NCBI GenBank assembly: GCA_023920165.1
Contig: CP089278.1
Location: forward strand, 2,852,001-2,916,000
Length of the DNA stretch: 64,000 bases
Source: Curvularia clavata
Lineage: Eukaryota
Reading direction: 5' to 3'
Shown here: positions 48,324-60,600 of the stretch, piece by piece
Position numbering within the stretch: the first letter of the stretch is position 1
How the letters are laid out: every line of letters begins with the position of its first letter
Translations under genes and position numbers: made by a program
The notes under the pieces: generated by a model
What the model was told of the DNA's origin: nothing
What the model saw: the letters and a program-made list of their open reading frames with translations, nothing else
Database searches by the model: none

Positions 48324-49970
48324 ATGGTTGTGGAGACCACAGATGTTTGGCCTAACACGGCCGGCTTCGACACAGACTATCAGGAGCACGAACCCGTTGA
48401 ACTTAGCGTCCAAGGCAACATTCCGCGGTATGCTGCGGGAGTTCTGTATCGAACCGGTCCCCTCGGCTTCAAGGCCAAGACGAATGGTGGCAAGATATGG
48501 GCAGCAAACCACTGGTTCGACGGCTTCTCCTGCGTTCATCGTTTCCAGATCGATTTTCCAAATGCCACTGGCCCACCCAAAGTAACGTACAGGTCTAGAC
48601 GTACAGTGGATGAATACCTCGAGATTGTGCGCACGACGGGCAAGCTGGACAGTGCGACTTTTGCACCAAAGCGAGACCCCTGCGAGAGCCTTTTCCAGAA
48701 GGTCATGGGTGTATTCTTCCCTAAATACCAGAACGAGAAGAATGTTGGAGTAACCCTCTCGATCAACATGCCGGGAGGCGAAAAGATTATTCGCGATGGG
48801 GAAACCAAGACTAGCAATCATACCAGTGGCATACAGTCCCTGTGTGCGAAGACAGACTCGAGTGCTCTCAAGATGATCGACCCAGAAACGCTGGAGCCTA
48901 GAGGATATGCTCGTCAAAGCCGCCTCCATCCAGACCTCAAAGGGCCCTTTTCTGCGGCGCATGCGAAGACGGATCCTGAAACAGGGGATTTGTTCAACTT
49001 TAACCTTGAATTCGGTCGCCCTTGCACGTATCGCGTCTTCCGTGTCTCTGCAGCCACGGGCGAGACCGAGATCCTTGCCACTTTCCCTGGCAAGCCAGCA
49101 TACATTCACTCCATCTTCATCTCAGGAAACTATGTCATTCTTTGTGTGTGGAATTCTCACATCACTTGGAACGGCATTTCGCTCTTGTTCCACAAGAACA
49201 TCATCGACTCGATCGCCAACTTCGACCCCAAGTCAAAGGCAACATGGTACGTTGTCGATCGCAAATCAGACAAGGGCTTGGTCGCAACCTACGAGAGCGA
49301 TCCTTTCTTCTGCTTCCACAGCATCAACGCCTGGGAAACGCCCTCGGCCTCTGATCCCAGCAAAACCGACATCATCGCAGAACTGAGCATGTTCGAGAAT
49401 CTCGACGTTGTGAAGCGCTTTTACTACGACAACATTATCTCGTCTATCGACACGCCCGAGTACAATGGCAAGAACCGCATGACGTCTCTCCCCATGCAGA
49501 CGCAATTCCGCCTTCCCAGCGTCGACGCCGGCTTGCCTGCAACAAAGCCCTTGCCAGCTGAACTCGTGTTCAAAGCCGAGAAATTCAACTCGATGGAACT
49601 CGGTACTATCAACCCAGCATACCTGACCCGCCCTCACCGTTACACTTACGGCTGCGCGGATCGTCTCCGGTCGACCTTCTTCGATGGTATTGTCAAGTTC
49701 GATAACCAGACTCAAAAGTCCATTTTCTGGGAGGAAGATGGTCACACGCCTGGTGAACCGATCTTCGTTGCTAATCCCGAGGGAACTGATGAGGATGATG
49801 GTATACTGCTGAGTGTGGTGCTAGATGGATACAAGGAGAAGAGCTATTTGCTGGTGCTGAGTGCCAAGGATCTGAGTGTTATGGGGCGAGCGGATATGAA
49901 TGGGCCGATGAGTTTTGGCTTCCATGGCACGTTTGGTGGGGCGGGGCAGAAGTACAGGGGTGATATTTAA
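48324..49970 (+). CDS. Carotenoid cleavage oxygenase (RPE65 family; torulene oxygenase CAO-2/CarT-like)
   Basis: ccaaaATGG start. Motifs G.LYRTGP, HWFDG, four Fe-ligand His contexts (SAAHAK, YIHS, CFHSIN, GFHG) and PGEPIFV...EDDG.LLSVV. Confidence 0.92.
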   Translation: MVVETTDVWPNTAGFDTDYQEHEPVELSVQGNIPRYAAGVLYRTGPLGFKAKTNGGKIWAANHWFDGFSCVHRFQIDFPNATGPPKVTYRSRRTVDEYLEIVRTTGKLDSATFAPKRDPCESLFQKVMGVFFPKYQNEKNVGVTLSINMPGGEKIIRDGETKTSNHTSGIQSLCAKTDSSALKMIDPETLEPRGYARQSRLHPDLKGPFSAAHAKTDPETGDLFNFNLEFGRPCTYRVFRVSAATGETEILATFPGKPAYIHSIFISGNYVILCVWNSHITWNGISLLFHKNIIDSIANFDPKSKATWYVVDRKSDKGLVATYESDPFFCFHSINAWETPSASDPSKTDIIAELSMFENLDVVKRFYYDNIISSIDTPEYNGKNRMTSLPMQTQFRLPSVDAGLPATKPLPAELVFKAEKFNSMELGTINPAYLTRPHRYTYGCADRLRSTFFDGIVKFDNQTQKSIFWEEDGHTPGEPIFVANPEGTDEDDGILLSVVLDGYKEKSYLLVLSAKDLSVMGRADMNGPMSFGFHGTFGGAGQKYRGDI

Positions 49971-51001
49971 ATTAGGGGCTAGACGCGGTATCGGTAGATG
50001 GAGTTTGGTTTGTCTTTGAGTACATACAAGTATGTCTTGTAAGAAGCATGTTTTGTTCTGGTCTAGTAACTGGGTTAGTATACAAGCATAGTACTGGAAT
50101 TAATCAAATAAATACAAAGATTGCAGTTTTAACACACGCAAAAGAAAAAAAAGGGGCAAGCGACCCCAAGAGCATCATATCGTAGGATTAAGCGGAGCTT
50201 TCGAGGTCAGTTTTGATGTTGGCCCTGCAGCTGAAGGAGTTATTTGCATCACGCTACCAAAGTCTAAAAAAACACTACTCACTTTTCAACCGAGATCGGA
50301 ACTAAACGTCATGTTCAATATGGTACCGGGAGCTCGTCGTAAGAGGATATGTTTCTCTAGAAAGACAAATCGGTTTCACCAGAGGTGATAATGATTGAAT
50401 TTGAGCATTTCCTCGCATCAACAGCTATACATGAATTGAAGCGTAAGACTCAAGGAATTTGGTGGCGAGATTCTAGTAATCTCGAATTGCGTGTGCTTGT
50501 AGCTAGTGATGCCCTTATCTCACCGTCGACAAAATATTTCTGAGCTAGATTGTCTGGACTTGAAAATACCATCGTTCAACTATCTTTCGACTGTTCTCCT
50601 TACCTAATGACAATCCAAGCTGTCATGTTTGAGCTGTCCGGGTGTGGCTGATCTACCCGTTGCGCCGAGCATCCCCGAGTCCCCGGGTTTTACTCGGCCC
50701 TTCTCACCAATCATCGTGTTGAATGTATGCATCTTGGCTGATCTCCACCCATGTGGCTGAAGTTCTTGACTTGGTTGAAAACATTGAAATCTGTTGATAT
50801 GAGGCGATTCGGGGATGTCTCGGCACAATTCTGGATTGAAAATCATGATGAGCGAAAATATATATAGACATTGAATCCATGTGGTGTAGGATAAACTGTC
50901 AACATAGCATTCGCTCATACATCATCTTCTAATTTACGTCAAGTCTTTCGCTAAATTCGATCATCAATTACCCTTAACCATTCATCATTTCCATACGAAA
51001 T

Positions 51002-51241
51002 ATGTCGACTTCGAACTCTGAAAGCTCCAGTCGCAGCGCTTCGGTGACACTCCCTGCTGGTCGATCCAACTCCTCGAGTCAGCATCAAACGTTCTCAGCT
51101 TCATCATTGCGATCTGCGCTCAAAAAGCCGTTCCAAGGCTGGAGCAAGGAACTGCTTCGAGCGAGAGACGATGACGACGATGACTACAACTTCTCGAGCG
51201 GAATGCGTCGCGGCGCACAGAATTACAACGAAGAGGCTTAA
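51002..51241 (+). CDS. Small Ser-rich hypothetical protein (79 aa)
   Basis: ATG in gaaatATGTC context downstream of a TATATATA tract, with coding-like composition. No recognisable domain. Confidence 0.45.
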   Translation: MSTSNSESSSRSASVTLPAGRSNSSSQHQTFSASSLRSALKKPFQGWSKELLRARDDDDDDYNFSSGMRRGAQNYNEEA

Positions 51242-52350
51242 GACCGCACTAGCCCAGAGCAGCACGAAAAGAAAAGGCGATAGGCAGACGAACGTGATGA
51301 AGCGAAGGAAAGAGCCGACGGCTGAAATGGGTTGATTTAAGCAATGCGCGCGTGAGGCTCGAGTGGTTGTGGCGTTATTGAGCGCCTTGTATTTGTGCTA
51401 TTTGCAGACCTAGGGGAGACACGGGCAGCGGAAGAGTGGTCTATGTGTTTTGCTTTTGTTGACAAACTGTTCTTGATACCCCTTCCTTACTCAAATTCCG
51501 GTTTGCGCAATGAACCGTTACCTCTGATATGGCACGATCTTTGGGCTGCCACTTGCATATTGTCGGAACCTGTGCATAGGCGTGGAGTTACAAGAATGAT
51601 ATCATCTTGGCAGATGACCCCCTACGTAGATCCTGGCTCACCGGTCTGTCAAGCTTCCAGATCCCATGCGCTTCGCATCATGACCCCCAATGTGATCTGG
51701 TGCCTGGCCACGCTCCCGAAGTATCGGTGCGCACGTCAATGCCCCTTTGTCGAGATTGAGGAAAATCGCGCTAATGCCACGCTTGCTTAACGAGATTGGG
51801 GTTGCTTGATATTGGTTCAAAAGGCGACGCCCGAAACACGCCCAGACGAAAACATCCAGCCGAGTTTTTTTCCACATGAGCCAGCAGAGCCAATGTATGA
51901 GCAGATGGTCATGCCGTAAACATCATGCGCGGTGAGCCAAAAAAAAAAGAGAGACACACCCTGGATTTTAAGACTGCGGCCCAGATCAGGCCTGCAAAAA
52001 AAAAAAAACGCCCATTATCACTCCGGTCATCTCTCTGTCCATTGGAACAATTTCTAGGCGGCAGTCTAGAATAAGGTCGAGCTAGCTCGCGATGGTGTTA
52101 GCGAATCAACCTGGAGAGGCGTGCAACTCCACGTCAGGGGGGCTGTGCTCCTTAGGCCACCTGCATTGTGCATTATTTCCGCTATCCAGAGAAGGCGTAC
52201 AGGCTCGATCTCTTCCAGTTAAATAGGCTCAGCTAGCCCATCTGCCCTTCTGAAAACAAGCTTCATTCGTTATTGCTTGTCCTTAGATACACCACCCTCG
52301 TTCTCAATAACTAAAAAACCACAATTGTTTCGGCACACCAAACCAGCATA

Positions 52351-53123
52351 ATGTCTAAGATTCTCTCTACCGCCCTTTTCGCCTCGTGCGCCGCTGCGCA
52401 ATTGACCACCTCGGCATGGATGCCAGGTACTGGAGATAGCGACATCTCTTATGAAGCATCGGTAATCAAGGTTGAGGATGATCGTACCACACTCTCCCTT
52501 GCAGTGAAGGGTCTGTCAGATATGACCGATTTGGTCGTAAGTATTCACAAACCCCAGTCGGCTGGTCCATACTAATATGCTACGTTCAGGACAGCATGGC
52601 TCAGACAGTCACCCTTGCGGGCAACACTTACTATGCATTTAACGGTGCTGCTGCTGAAGCAGGTGTGACCATCAGCATTACTGGCGAGTGCTCGCGCAAG
52701 AACACCGACGAGGAGTCAGCCACCTGCAGTATTTCCACAAAGGGCCTTGAAGAAGCTATGAGCTCAGCGTGCGCGGAAGCTGGTGCCTCTGAGGAAATGT
52801 GCGCTAGCGGAGTTCTCCAGCCGAGCACTTCTACAACGCTCCCCAAAGGATACTTCACCATGGCTCAGATCGTTGTTACCGCTGGAGCAGACTCGCTTCC
52901 CAGTGCTTCTGCAGCTGCGACTCCATCAGTTGGCAGTGCCTCACCTACTGCATCTGGTGCCTCCAACTCTGGCAAGCCTACTGCTTCTGGCTCCGACAAT
53001 GCTGCCGCCTCTGGAGCTTCCAAGACGTCTCAGGCGGCTCCACAATCTACCAATGCTGCACCATTGATGACCATGGTTCCCGCCTTGGCCGGTCTTGGTG
53101 CTGCTGCCGCTTTCTTCTTGTAG
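52351..53123 (+). CDS. GPI-anchored Ser/Ala/Thr-rich cell-wall protein
   Basis: Exons 52351-52536 and 52590-53123. Signal peptide, four Cys, VVTAGA.SL, S/A/T stalk and STNAA omega-like site with a hydrophobic tail. Confidence 0.88.
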
Positions 53124-53311
53124 GCGCTCTGGCAAGCAGACATCTCATCCTGTCCAGGAAATGTCGACTCAATTTTAACGTCACAAACGTATTTTCGATA
53201 CCCTACACCCGAAACACGTATTCATAGCATGCAATTTTTTAATGATCAAGATTTATACAAAAAAAAATTCAATTTACTCTCATGAAATCGCCCGTTACAA
53301 TGTCAGAATCT

Positions 53312-53779
53312 CTAGTTATCGTCTTCCTGCGTGAGACAAACCATCCTCTCCCCTTTCTTGCCGAAACAACAGCGTCCTTCCTCGTCTTGCAGAACATCTC
53401 CACAGTACACATGGCCTTCGCAATCCTCGTGTGCACATTTCCAGTTGGCTCCATCCCCTCCTTTCTCTAGGATATAGCATCCCTCTTTACATCCTTTCAC
53501 ACCTTGCTTGAATCCGTCGTTACCCTTGACATGCTTGCACCGCATCTGCCACGGAAAGTATGCACTCTTCAGGACGACAGTCTTCTGAGGCAGGCCCGAT
53601 AACTCTTTAAGAGGGGAGTAACCGGAAGGGTCCTGGGTACGTTTAGCACTGGGTGTACGGATGAAGTTCAAGAGTGACTGCTTCAATGGTAGACGTGGCG
53701 GGACAAGAACAGTAAGTTTGTATGGGGTCGTGTGCATCTCGAACTCCCCAAGGGGGTCATAGTATGGGCCTAGCTCCAT
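53312..53779 (-). CDS. Hypothetical Cys/His-rich protein
   Basis: 155-aa ORF from ATG 53779 (TTG 53806 also possible). The C-terminal half holds 9 Cys and 3 His (RCKH...GCKEGCY...WKCAHEDCEGHVYCG...GRCCF...MVCL). Confidence 0.55.
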   Translation of the reverse strand: MELGPYYDPLGEFEMHTTPYKLTVLVPPRLPLKQSLLNFIRTPSAKRTQDPSGYSPLKELSGLPQKTVVLKSAYFPWQMRCKHVKGNDGFKQGVKGCKEGCYILEKGGDGANWKCAHEDCEGHVYCGDVLQDEEGRCCFGKKGERMVCLTQEDDN

Positions 53780-54391
53780 TTGTGCGAAGTACCTAGCTAG
53801 ATCCAAGGTGTATAGGATTAATGGAGTGTTTGCGCGGTGTTGGTAAGGGCAGTACTGTTAGTCTATCGTTGGGGGAAATAGCAAGTCGACTTTTTAAGTG
53901 TTTGCCAAACAAGAGCATCGTGTGGCGAGTTATTGTGCTTGACGTATGCCATCATTGTGAATAAACGACAAAGAAAAGGCGTTGTTGGAGACACGCGACA
54001 ACGCATCTGCAGCGACGAAATATCAGGGGTTACACAGCTGCATGATTCATTGAGAGCTTAAAGGGCTCAGGATATGCTGTGATGATAAAAGTATGACACG
54101 ATTTTGTGACAGCTTTTGGAATCAGGGACATCCACTACAAGAGTTATTATGTGGTACTGCGGGGAGTCACTGAAACTCGACCAGCTATCTAGACACGTGA
54201 ATTTGAAAGTATGTTCATCGATTTACACGAGACAGCATAGTTTTCGCATAGCTGGTGTCACTCATCGGTGGGCAACGAAGCGCTTGCGAAGCGCAGATGC
54301 TAGATGCAACTAATATCGCCATGTTGGTGAATGCGCAAACTTAACCCTTCACAAACCCTTCGTTTACAGCAGTACTTCATGCAGCTCACTG

Positions 54392-55489
54392 ATGTCTCGA
54401 ACTTACTCATTATCAGGCGTGGTATCCACACTCTATAGCAGTCCACTCTCTCAATCGTCAACCAAGGCTATACCATCCATGGAGAAGTTCGTCAACACAC
54501 AGCTTCACCCAGCACACGCATGCAACATCTGTACCGAGAGCTTTAGTTCGGATCATCAACCCGTTGCTCTTCCATGTCAGCATATATTTGGCCACGAGTG
54601 CATCAAAAAATGGCTGTTAAGCGGCCAAGGGAATACGAATGCCTGTCCGAGCTGTCGCCACGTACTAGTCCCAAGGTCAAGCCCTCGCGAAACCTTTAAC
54701 GCACTCTCGATATGGCAAGGGCTTTCCGACATGCCAACGGAGCGTTTACAAATCTTCATGTCCAGAATCTGGTCAGGGCTTCAAAAGCTTTGGCAGCGAC
54801 ATCCTAAAGGATGTTTTACCGTGACTTTGATCCTTGATCAAGCTATCATCCCCGCACTCACCTACACCATAAACACCACTACCAGAAACCCAGGCCAAGA
54901 CTGCATGGTCGACTGCTACAATCTCGTTGCTGCATCCTGGGACTCTCTAGGGCGGCCTGATCTCGCAACTGGGCTGGCCATTCCTCTAGTGCGCCTTGCA
55001 CGCTTGATGACCAACGCCGGAGCCGTCCTACCCAAGTACATGACAACTAGCTCGCGCACAAACAAACTCATCTGGCGCGCAAACGCCTGTCTCCCTATTG
55101 CCGACGAACACATTTCCTGGAACTTCATCATCGAAGCCGCACAACCTGCATCCACGCGCTACTTTGAATTACTGCACCTCTACACTGTCTTGATCAGCCA
55201 GAGTATCGCACATTTCCCGGAACCACACCCATTTCCATCAAGGAGACATGATGTCATGAATTTGGTGGTGGAACGGTGCTGTACGAAGATTGGGGGTAGT
55301 GGCTGCGCTTGGAAGGGCAGGCCTAGTAATGAGCTGAAGGATAAATTGGTGGTAGTGTACGAGGAGCTTCGAAGATACCAGATCGAGAAGGGTAAAGTGA
55401 GCCTGCGAGGGCACAGTGAAGAAGAGGCAATTGTTCGAGGTCTATGGGCGCTTGCGGCCTGGAGTAGTGCAAGAGGAGCACGATCTTGA
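54392..55489 (+). CDS. RING-finger protein (putative E3 ligase)
   Basis: CNIC...LPCQHIFGHECIKKW...CPSCR followed by a helical domain of ~270 aa. Intronless. Confidence 0.85.
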   Translation: MSRTYSLSGVVSTLYSSPLSQSSTKAIPSMEKFVNTQLHPAHACNICTESFSSDHQPVALPCQHIFGHECIKKWLLSGQGNTNACPSCRHVLVPRSSPRETFNALSIWQGLSDMPTERLQIFMSRIWSGLQKLWQRHPKGCFTVTLILDQAIIPALTYTINTTTRNPGQDCMVDCYNLVAASWDSLGRPDLATGLAIPLVRLARLMTNAGAVLPKYMTTSSRTNKLIWRANACLPIADEHISWNFIIEAAQPASTRYFELLHLYTVLISQSIAHFPEPHPFPSRRHDVMNLVVERCCTKIGGSGCAWKGRPSNELKDKLVVVYEELRRYQIEKGKVSLRGHSEEEAIVRGLWALAAWSSARGARS

Positions 55490-55953
55490 AAGAAAAGGAG
55501 AATTAGTCGAAGGGAAATATTGGAGGAACTAGGGATGTTGAAATTGAGCGTATGATTGGACCTAAGTTCAGGCATTTCCAAGTTTTGTTGAAGTAATTGG
55601 GCAACTACACATCGTATTCCCGACTCGGTATGGTATCTACACGCATCCAATCATACCTTGGAGAGCTGTATTGACCGGCTCACTGTGTGACTTCCTGGGC
55701 GGTAAGATGTTGCCCCACATGTGCCTAGCACAACAGTTACCAGGCGCAGAGCAGCCGCTATGACAAGGCTCAGTGAAACTTCATCACCTAGTGCTAGGCA
55801 TTTTTCTACAACAGTTATAGGGTACAAATCTTCTCTTTGCATAGCAGGGCACGAATGTGAGTAAATTGACATCATCATGGTTTACTTTCTTGCCACAGAA
55901 CGTATTGCGTAACTACATGACCCAATCATGACATGTAGTATTCTCTTCCCCGC

Positions 55954-56646
55954 CTATTTTATATCCGAACTCTTCACAACTGTACCGAAAACATCTGCCA
56001 GCTCCGCCAACACCACTCTGGTGACATCATCACCACCCACCCCAGGAATGTCACGGTCGCCGATCGCATCCTCGAGTAGTACTACCTCATAGTCCTTCTG
56101 GAAGGCCTCGCGCGCGGTCGTAGATACGCATACATGAGCCATGTAGCCGACCATGACAATCTTCTTGGCACCCATTTTTTGGAGAGTCTCATGCAACTTG
56201 GTCTGCTCAAAGGCTCCCGGGTATATCTTCCAAATTTTGGTCTCGTCATCCTGGGTGGCTGTTAATCTTGTAAACTACTCCATATCAGGATGTAAGACCT
56301 ACCTGCGCTTTGCATTCTTCGAACTGCTCTGCTAGTTCTGTACCCGGTGTGAATATTGGCGCGCCTTCCGGCGTTTTATGCATTACATGGATCACTGTTC
56401 CACCAGCTTTGCGGTATTTGGTAATTAGATCCGCAATGACCTTTCTACTAGAGTCCACGTTGGTGACCCTGAGTTTACCGGACACCTTGCGCTGTTAGTC
56501 TTGCGCTTCCACTACTCTATGTGGGAAAGGTCTGAAGTGAGGCGTACATATTCATTCTGCGCATCGATGACGAGAAGGACAGAGTCGCCAGTGGAAGCAG
56601 TGTGTGACGGTAGGTCCAGAAGGCTTCGGAAAGTTGGAGGTGTCAT
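55954..56646 (-). CDS. Isochorismatase-like cysteine hydrolase
   Basis: Exons 56646-56548, 56485-56303, 56250-55954. Triad contexts LLVIDAQNEY (Asp), KIYPGAF (Lys) and GYMAHVCVSTT (Cys). Confidence 0.92.
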
Positions 56647-57438
56647 GTCGAATATTCACTATGTCTAGTTGTCCAGTACCGGTATGTTGCTTGGGTAGAT
56701 GCCAAAATGAAAGCAGTGCGGCTTTACAAATGTCGGGATGTAGATTGAAATTCCTTTGTTAAGAACTGGCAATATTGTGAGAAGAAATGGTAAAGTAGAT
56801 TGAATATTCCCGAGGCAGAAGGAGGTTTTCATATATGTGGTGAACATCGTTACGCCATAGATCACGTATCAAAGTGGGTACTTCTATGTCGCGCTGTTGA
56901 CGCTTCCATATGGTGAAACTTGCCACCATGTGCCACCCGTTCAAACCCGAGCTATTTGAAGTGTAGTTGGTCTGAGCATACCTAATCCGAAAAAATCGGT
57001 ATGCTGGGATGATGTAAGGTAGAAAGTATGAAAGAATGAGCATTTAGTATTGGCTTGTAGTTAGCCAATCAAGCTTCAATATATGGACTACCCATTCAGG
57101 CAGTGCAGCCGACCAAATCCACAGACATACTTTCGCAATGGAATTTGAACCGAAAAAGATACAGAAGTATAACAAAATTCATTTCTCAATTGCGCTGATT
57201 CTCAACTTGGTCGCGAGCATTCGCAAGGAGGCAATACATTGATTAAATATATTTAGATAACAAATTGGTTAAGATGTTCCGAGAATCAAATGGTCCTTAA
57301 AGATGTACCCTGGATGCTCGCTATCGGAGCTTATGAACATTCATAGAAATTCGATTGCATGTTACATTCAGAAGAGCTCTTGTCTGGTGTCCTATGTTAG
57401 CTAGGATCTGTTTCTCTTAGCTGAGTTAGCTTACCTTA

Positions 57439-57663
57439 TCAAAGATATGTCCTGCCACCAGGTGCCTGTTCCCTGATCTCTTTCAAATGTTTGCCATGCT
57501 CCTGAATAGCCTCTCGGCTTGTTTTCTTTACCTCTCCCTGACGGAGGGCATAAGAGTACCAAGTTTTGAAGCAATCTTTTTGCTGTGCTGTTGGGTAACG
57601 TACCCCTTTAGCACGATGGGCTTGGATGACTGCGTGTTCGAGGGTGCGGGTTGCAGCAGGCAT
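57439..57663 (-). CDS. Small basic hypothetical protein (74 aa)
   Basis: gtaaacATGCCT start with a protein-like helical composition. No domain recognised. Confidence 0.4.
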   Translation of the reverse strand: MPAATRTLEHAVIQAHRAKGVRYPTAQQKDCFKTWYSYALRQGEVKKTSREAIQEHGKHLKEIREQAPGGRTYL

Positions 57664-60600
57664 GTTTACGATGTGTATAGCGATTTTGGAATTGCAGAGC
57701 TATTTAATGTCTCAATTTATGTCGAAGAGAGTAGAGGATGCTTGAGATCGGGATTCTAGTACAGATGCGGAAAGCAGACCCGTTGTAAAGTATTTGGTCA
57801 CGTGATTATCACACAAGCACCACAGGTGTCGCACAGTTTGTTTATGAGGCTAATCTTGTTGTGTGAAAGACGAAAGATAATTGTGGAACTTGGAGAATCG
57901 GGTACGGCGAGAGATGCTTTAATGTGGCCAATTCCGTCCTGACACTGCCTTCGGCTCTCCGGGTCTCCGCACTTTGTAGAACGCCGGTCGTGCGCATCCG
58001 CACAGGGCGACCATTCTCAACACTGCGATCATGCATGGGGCTATTTTAGCGTAAAAATCGGGGTGATGTGTCTGATTCCGGCTTATATGTGTCGGACAGT
58101 TCAGTATCGGGTAGATCACCATCGGACAATTACGTGACTGTAGAGAGACGACGCCGAGCATCAGTCGCGTGCACGATTTCGAACCCAAACATATGACGAC
58201 GATAACTCAAAGCAACATGGCGAAGCCCATATTCGTGGTGAGGGAATCTCCTGAGCTCCTATCAAAGTTTCCAGTGATCCAAACTGTGACACACCCCGTC
58301 GTACGGCTGAGAATCCCAACAGACCACAATCGGGAAGAGACGGAACGGTACGTCTGATTACATGAAATCGGCAAGGGGGATCATCAAATCAGGGTCGCTT
58401 ATCTTGATCAAGATGTTGGATCTGCAAACTGGGAGGAACAGAACGCGGGGTAGCAAGTGCATCGAAGATCATGGAACTGATATGACTTTGATGGCTAGAG
58501 CGCAGGAACAGTAAATATGTTGCGGGTCCGCACTGCCATCGCAAGCAATATACATGGCTCGCCTGCGATTGAGAGCCGTGTTGTGATAATATATGATAAC
58601 AAACAGAACAGGCGTATAGGGACCTATTTACTATCAATCTTACCACTCACGCAACCAACTTAGGCAATTTGTCGTACATCAGGCCATATATTCAACAACT
58701 CGAGCCTAGACTGGAATTGTGATCATCCAGCGCTTCCTTTCGGCAGAAAGGGAGATCCTGTCCCCCACCAGCTTGATAGGTAACATTTCAAGACTAGAAG
58801 GAACGCTGGGTAAAACTGACGCTGTTTTCGACATGACTGCGTCCTATTCGCTCTGAAGAAATTGGTACAGAGACATGCGAAGGTAATGCACGAAAGCATG
58901 TGATCGCTGCATTGACCCTAAGATAAGATGGGCATGGAGAGCAATCAATTTTCGGATATATCGAAAGGCGATGACAAGGCTCAGCACAAGCATGTGACTT
59001 CCAATCAGTCCTAGAGTCTGACACGCATCGCGGACAGTGCCTTAGATCTGTTAGGCTAACCCTTCAGCCTGGGATTCATGCCATTGTAGCATACCATGCA
59101 TACTTCGCTTTGCGTATCTACATATGTGTATAACTCATCCTAAAAACATCGCAGCAACCGTGCAAGAATGAGCTGTCAGATCTTATGTGTCCGTAGTTGT
59201 GCGAATGGGATGGTAAAAACAGCGATATCTAAAGCTGGCACCATGTTTTGACATCTGGCCTCGTGGGCTCCAATATGCGGATCCTGTGGGATTGCAAAAT
59301 ACACGAAGATTCTCAAAGAAAAGAGACATACTGGTTATCCCAACAATCCCATTAAGCTCTATATACCCGTCGATAATTTCTATTGTTGGAACTGTAGCGT
59401 TGTCCTAGATTCCATGGAGTCATGCAGACTGGTGATCTATCGCCGTGTCCAAGACGACCTTGAGGATTGACTTTAAGCTGTGGCCGGCACATAAGTGCCT
59501 CATGATTTTTCACGACACACTCCCATATGACCGTTCGGTATGATTTTAGTATTTGTAACACACACAGAAAGTGTTGAACAGTCGCAATGATTAAGAATTT
59601 GCCAAATTCGGCCCTATCAAATAGATGATAAGTTTGTATTTTTTGTGCCAATGCCGCTCTTCAAGTGCTAGACATGTAGATCACCTTTTCAAAGTCAAGC
59701 AATTATCATCATACTCAAAGCATTATTGTCGAAGACTGTTTCTATCCTGAGATACCTGCGTTCTCTGTCATTAATTCACCGACATAGGCTCGAAGCCACA
59801 TGTGAGGGAAATGATGAGGGTATTGAGACGCGTAATCACAAGATGGAAACGGCTGGAGCATTTTTTTCTGGAGTGCAGTCAGCCAATTTGTGAAGGAGAG
59901 AACTTTCTCGAAATGAGCAGTCCTAGTTGTGTTGAGCAAATTTCTTCCCGCGATTATACATCACCAGACCTAAACCTGCTCGGAGAACTGCGCCGCTGCC
60001 CAGCCCCCTGAGCCCGAGGAAATGTGTAAGGCAGATTTCATCGGCCTTGGATAAAATTAGATACGGCCAAATTGCGAAATCGTCAATCAAACACTCGCCA
60101 TCATGACGTTCTTGACCTCGAGCCGGTTAAAAACAGAGGCAAACTTATCTGATCGGGTAGCAGAGCAGCTTACTAGGTGAGACATTGAAGGCAACATATT
60201 GAATCCAAGAGTCAAGATAGGGCGTGCAATTTCATTGCTTACTAGCTCATCTTCACATTGCCATAATCGCCCAACAGAAACCTTCCAAATGACATCGCAG
60301 TAGCGTGAGTAACGGCCAACGCAAAACCCGCACGAGAAAGCCTGAGCAAAATTGGACCTCGCATGAATACGTTATTCAGCAACAATTGATGAATGGGGAT
60401 GGTTTTCTGTTGTTCAGGTACTTGTTCTTATCCCCTGTTCCCAGTACTCCGGCTATCTCCACTATGCTAACTGAACTTTGCACATCTCTGACTCGATCGT
60501 CGTGCCGGATATCCATACGATGTCGTAGTAGCACACCTACTCTGATAGCCATACCTTCCTTAAAGAACCCCAATGTAATATCAAAGACCATCGGTTCGGC

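Noticed and set aside
2390..55489. Ubiquitin-pathway cluster (PPxY protein, pseudo-E2, F-box-like relic, BTB, DDRGK-like, RING)
   Set aside because: The genes are scattered among unrelated housekeeping genes, and these families are common enough to co-occur by chance.
58170..58195. GGTTCGAA on the minus strand as a tRNA T-loop
   Set aside because: No T-stem pairing or cloverleaf.
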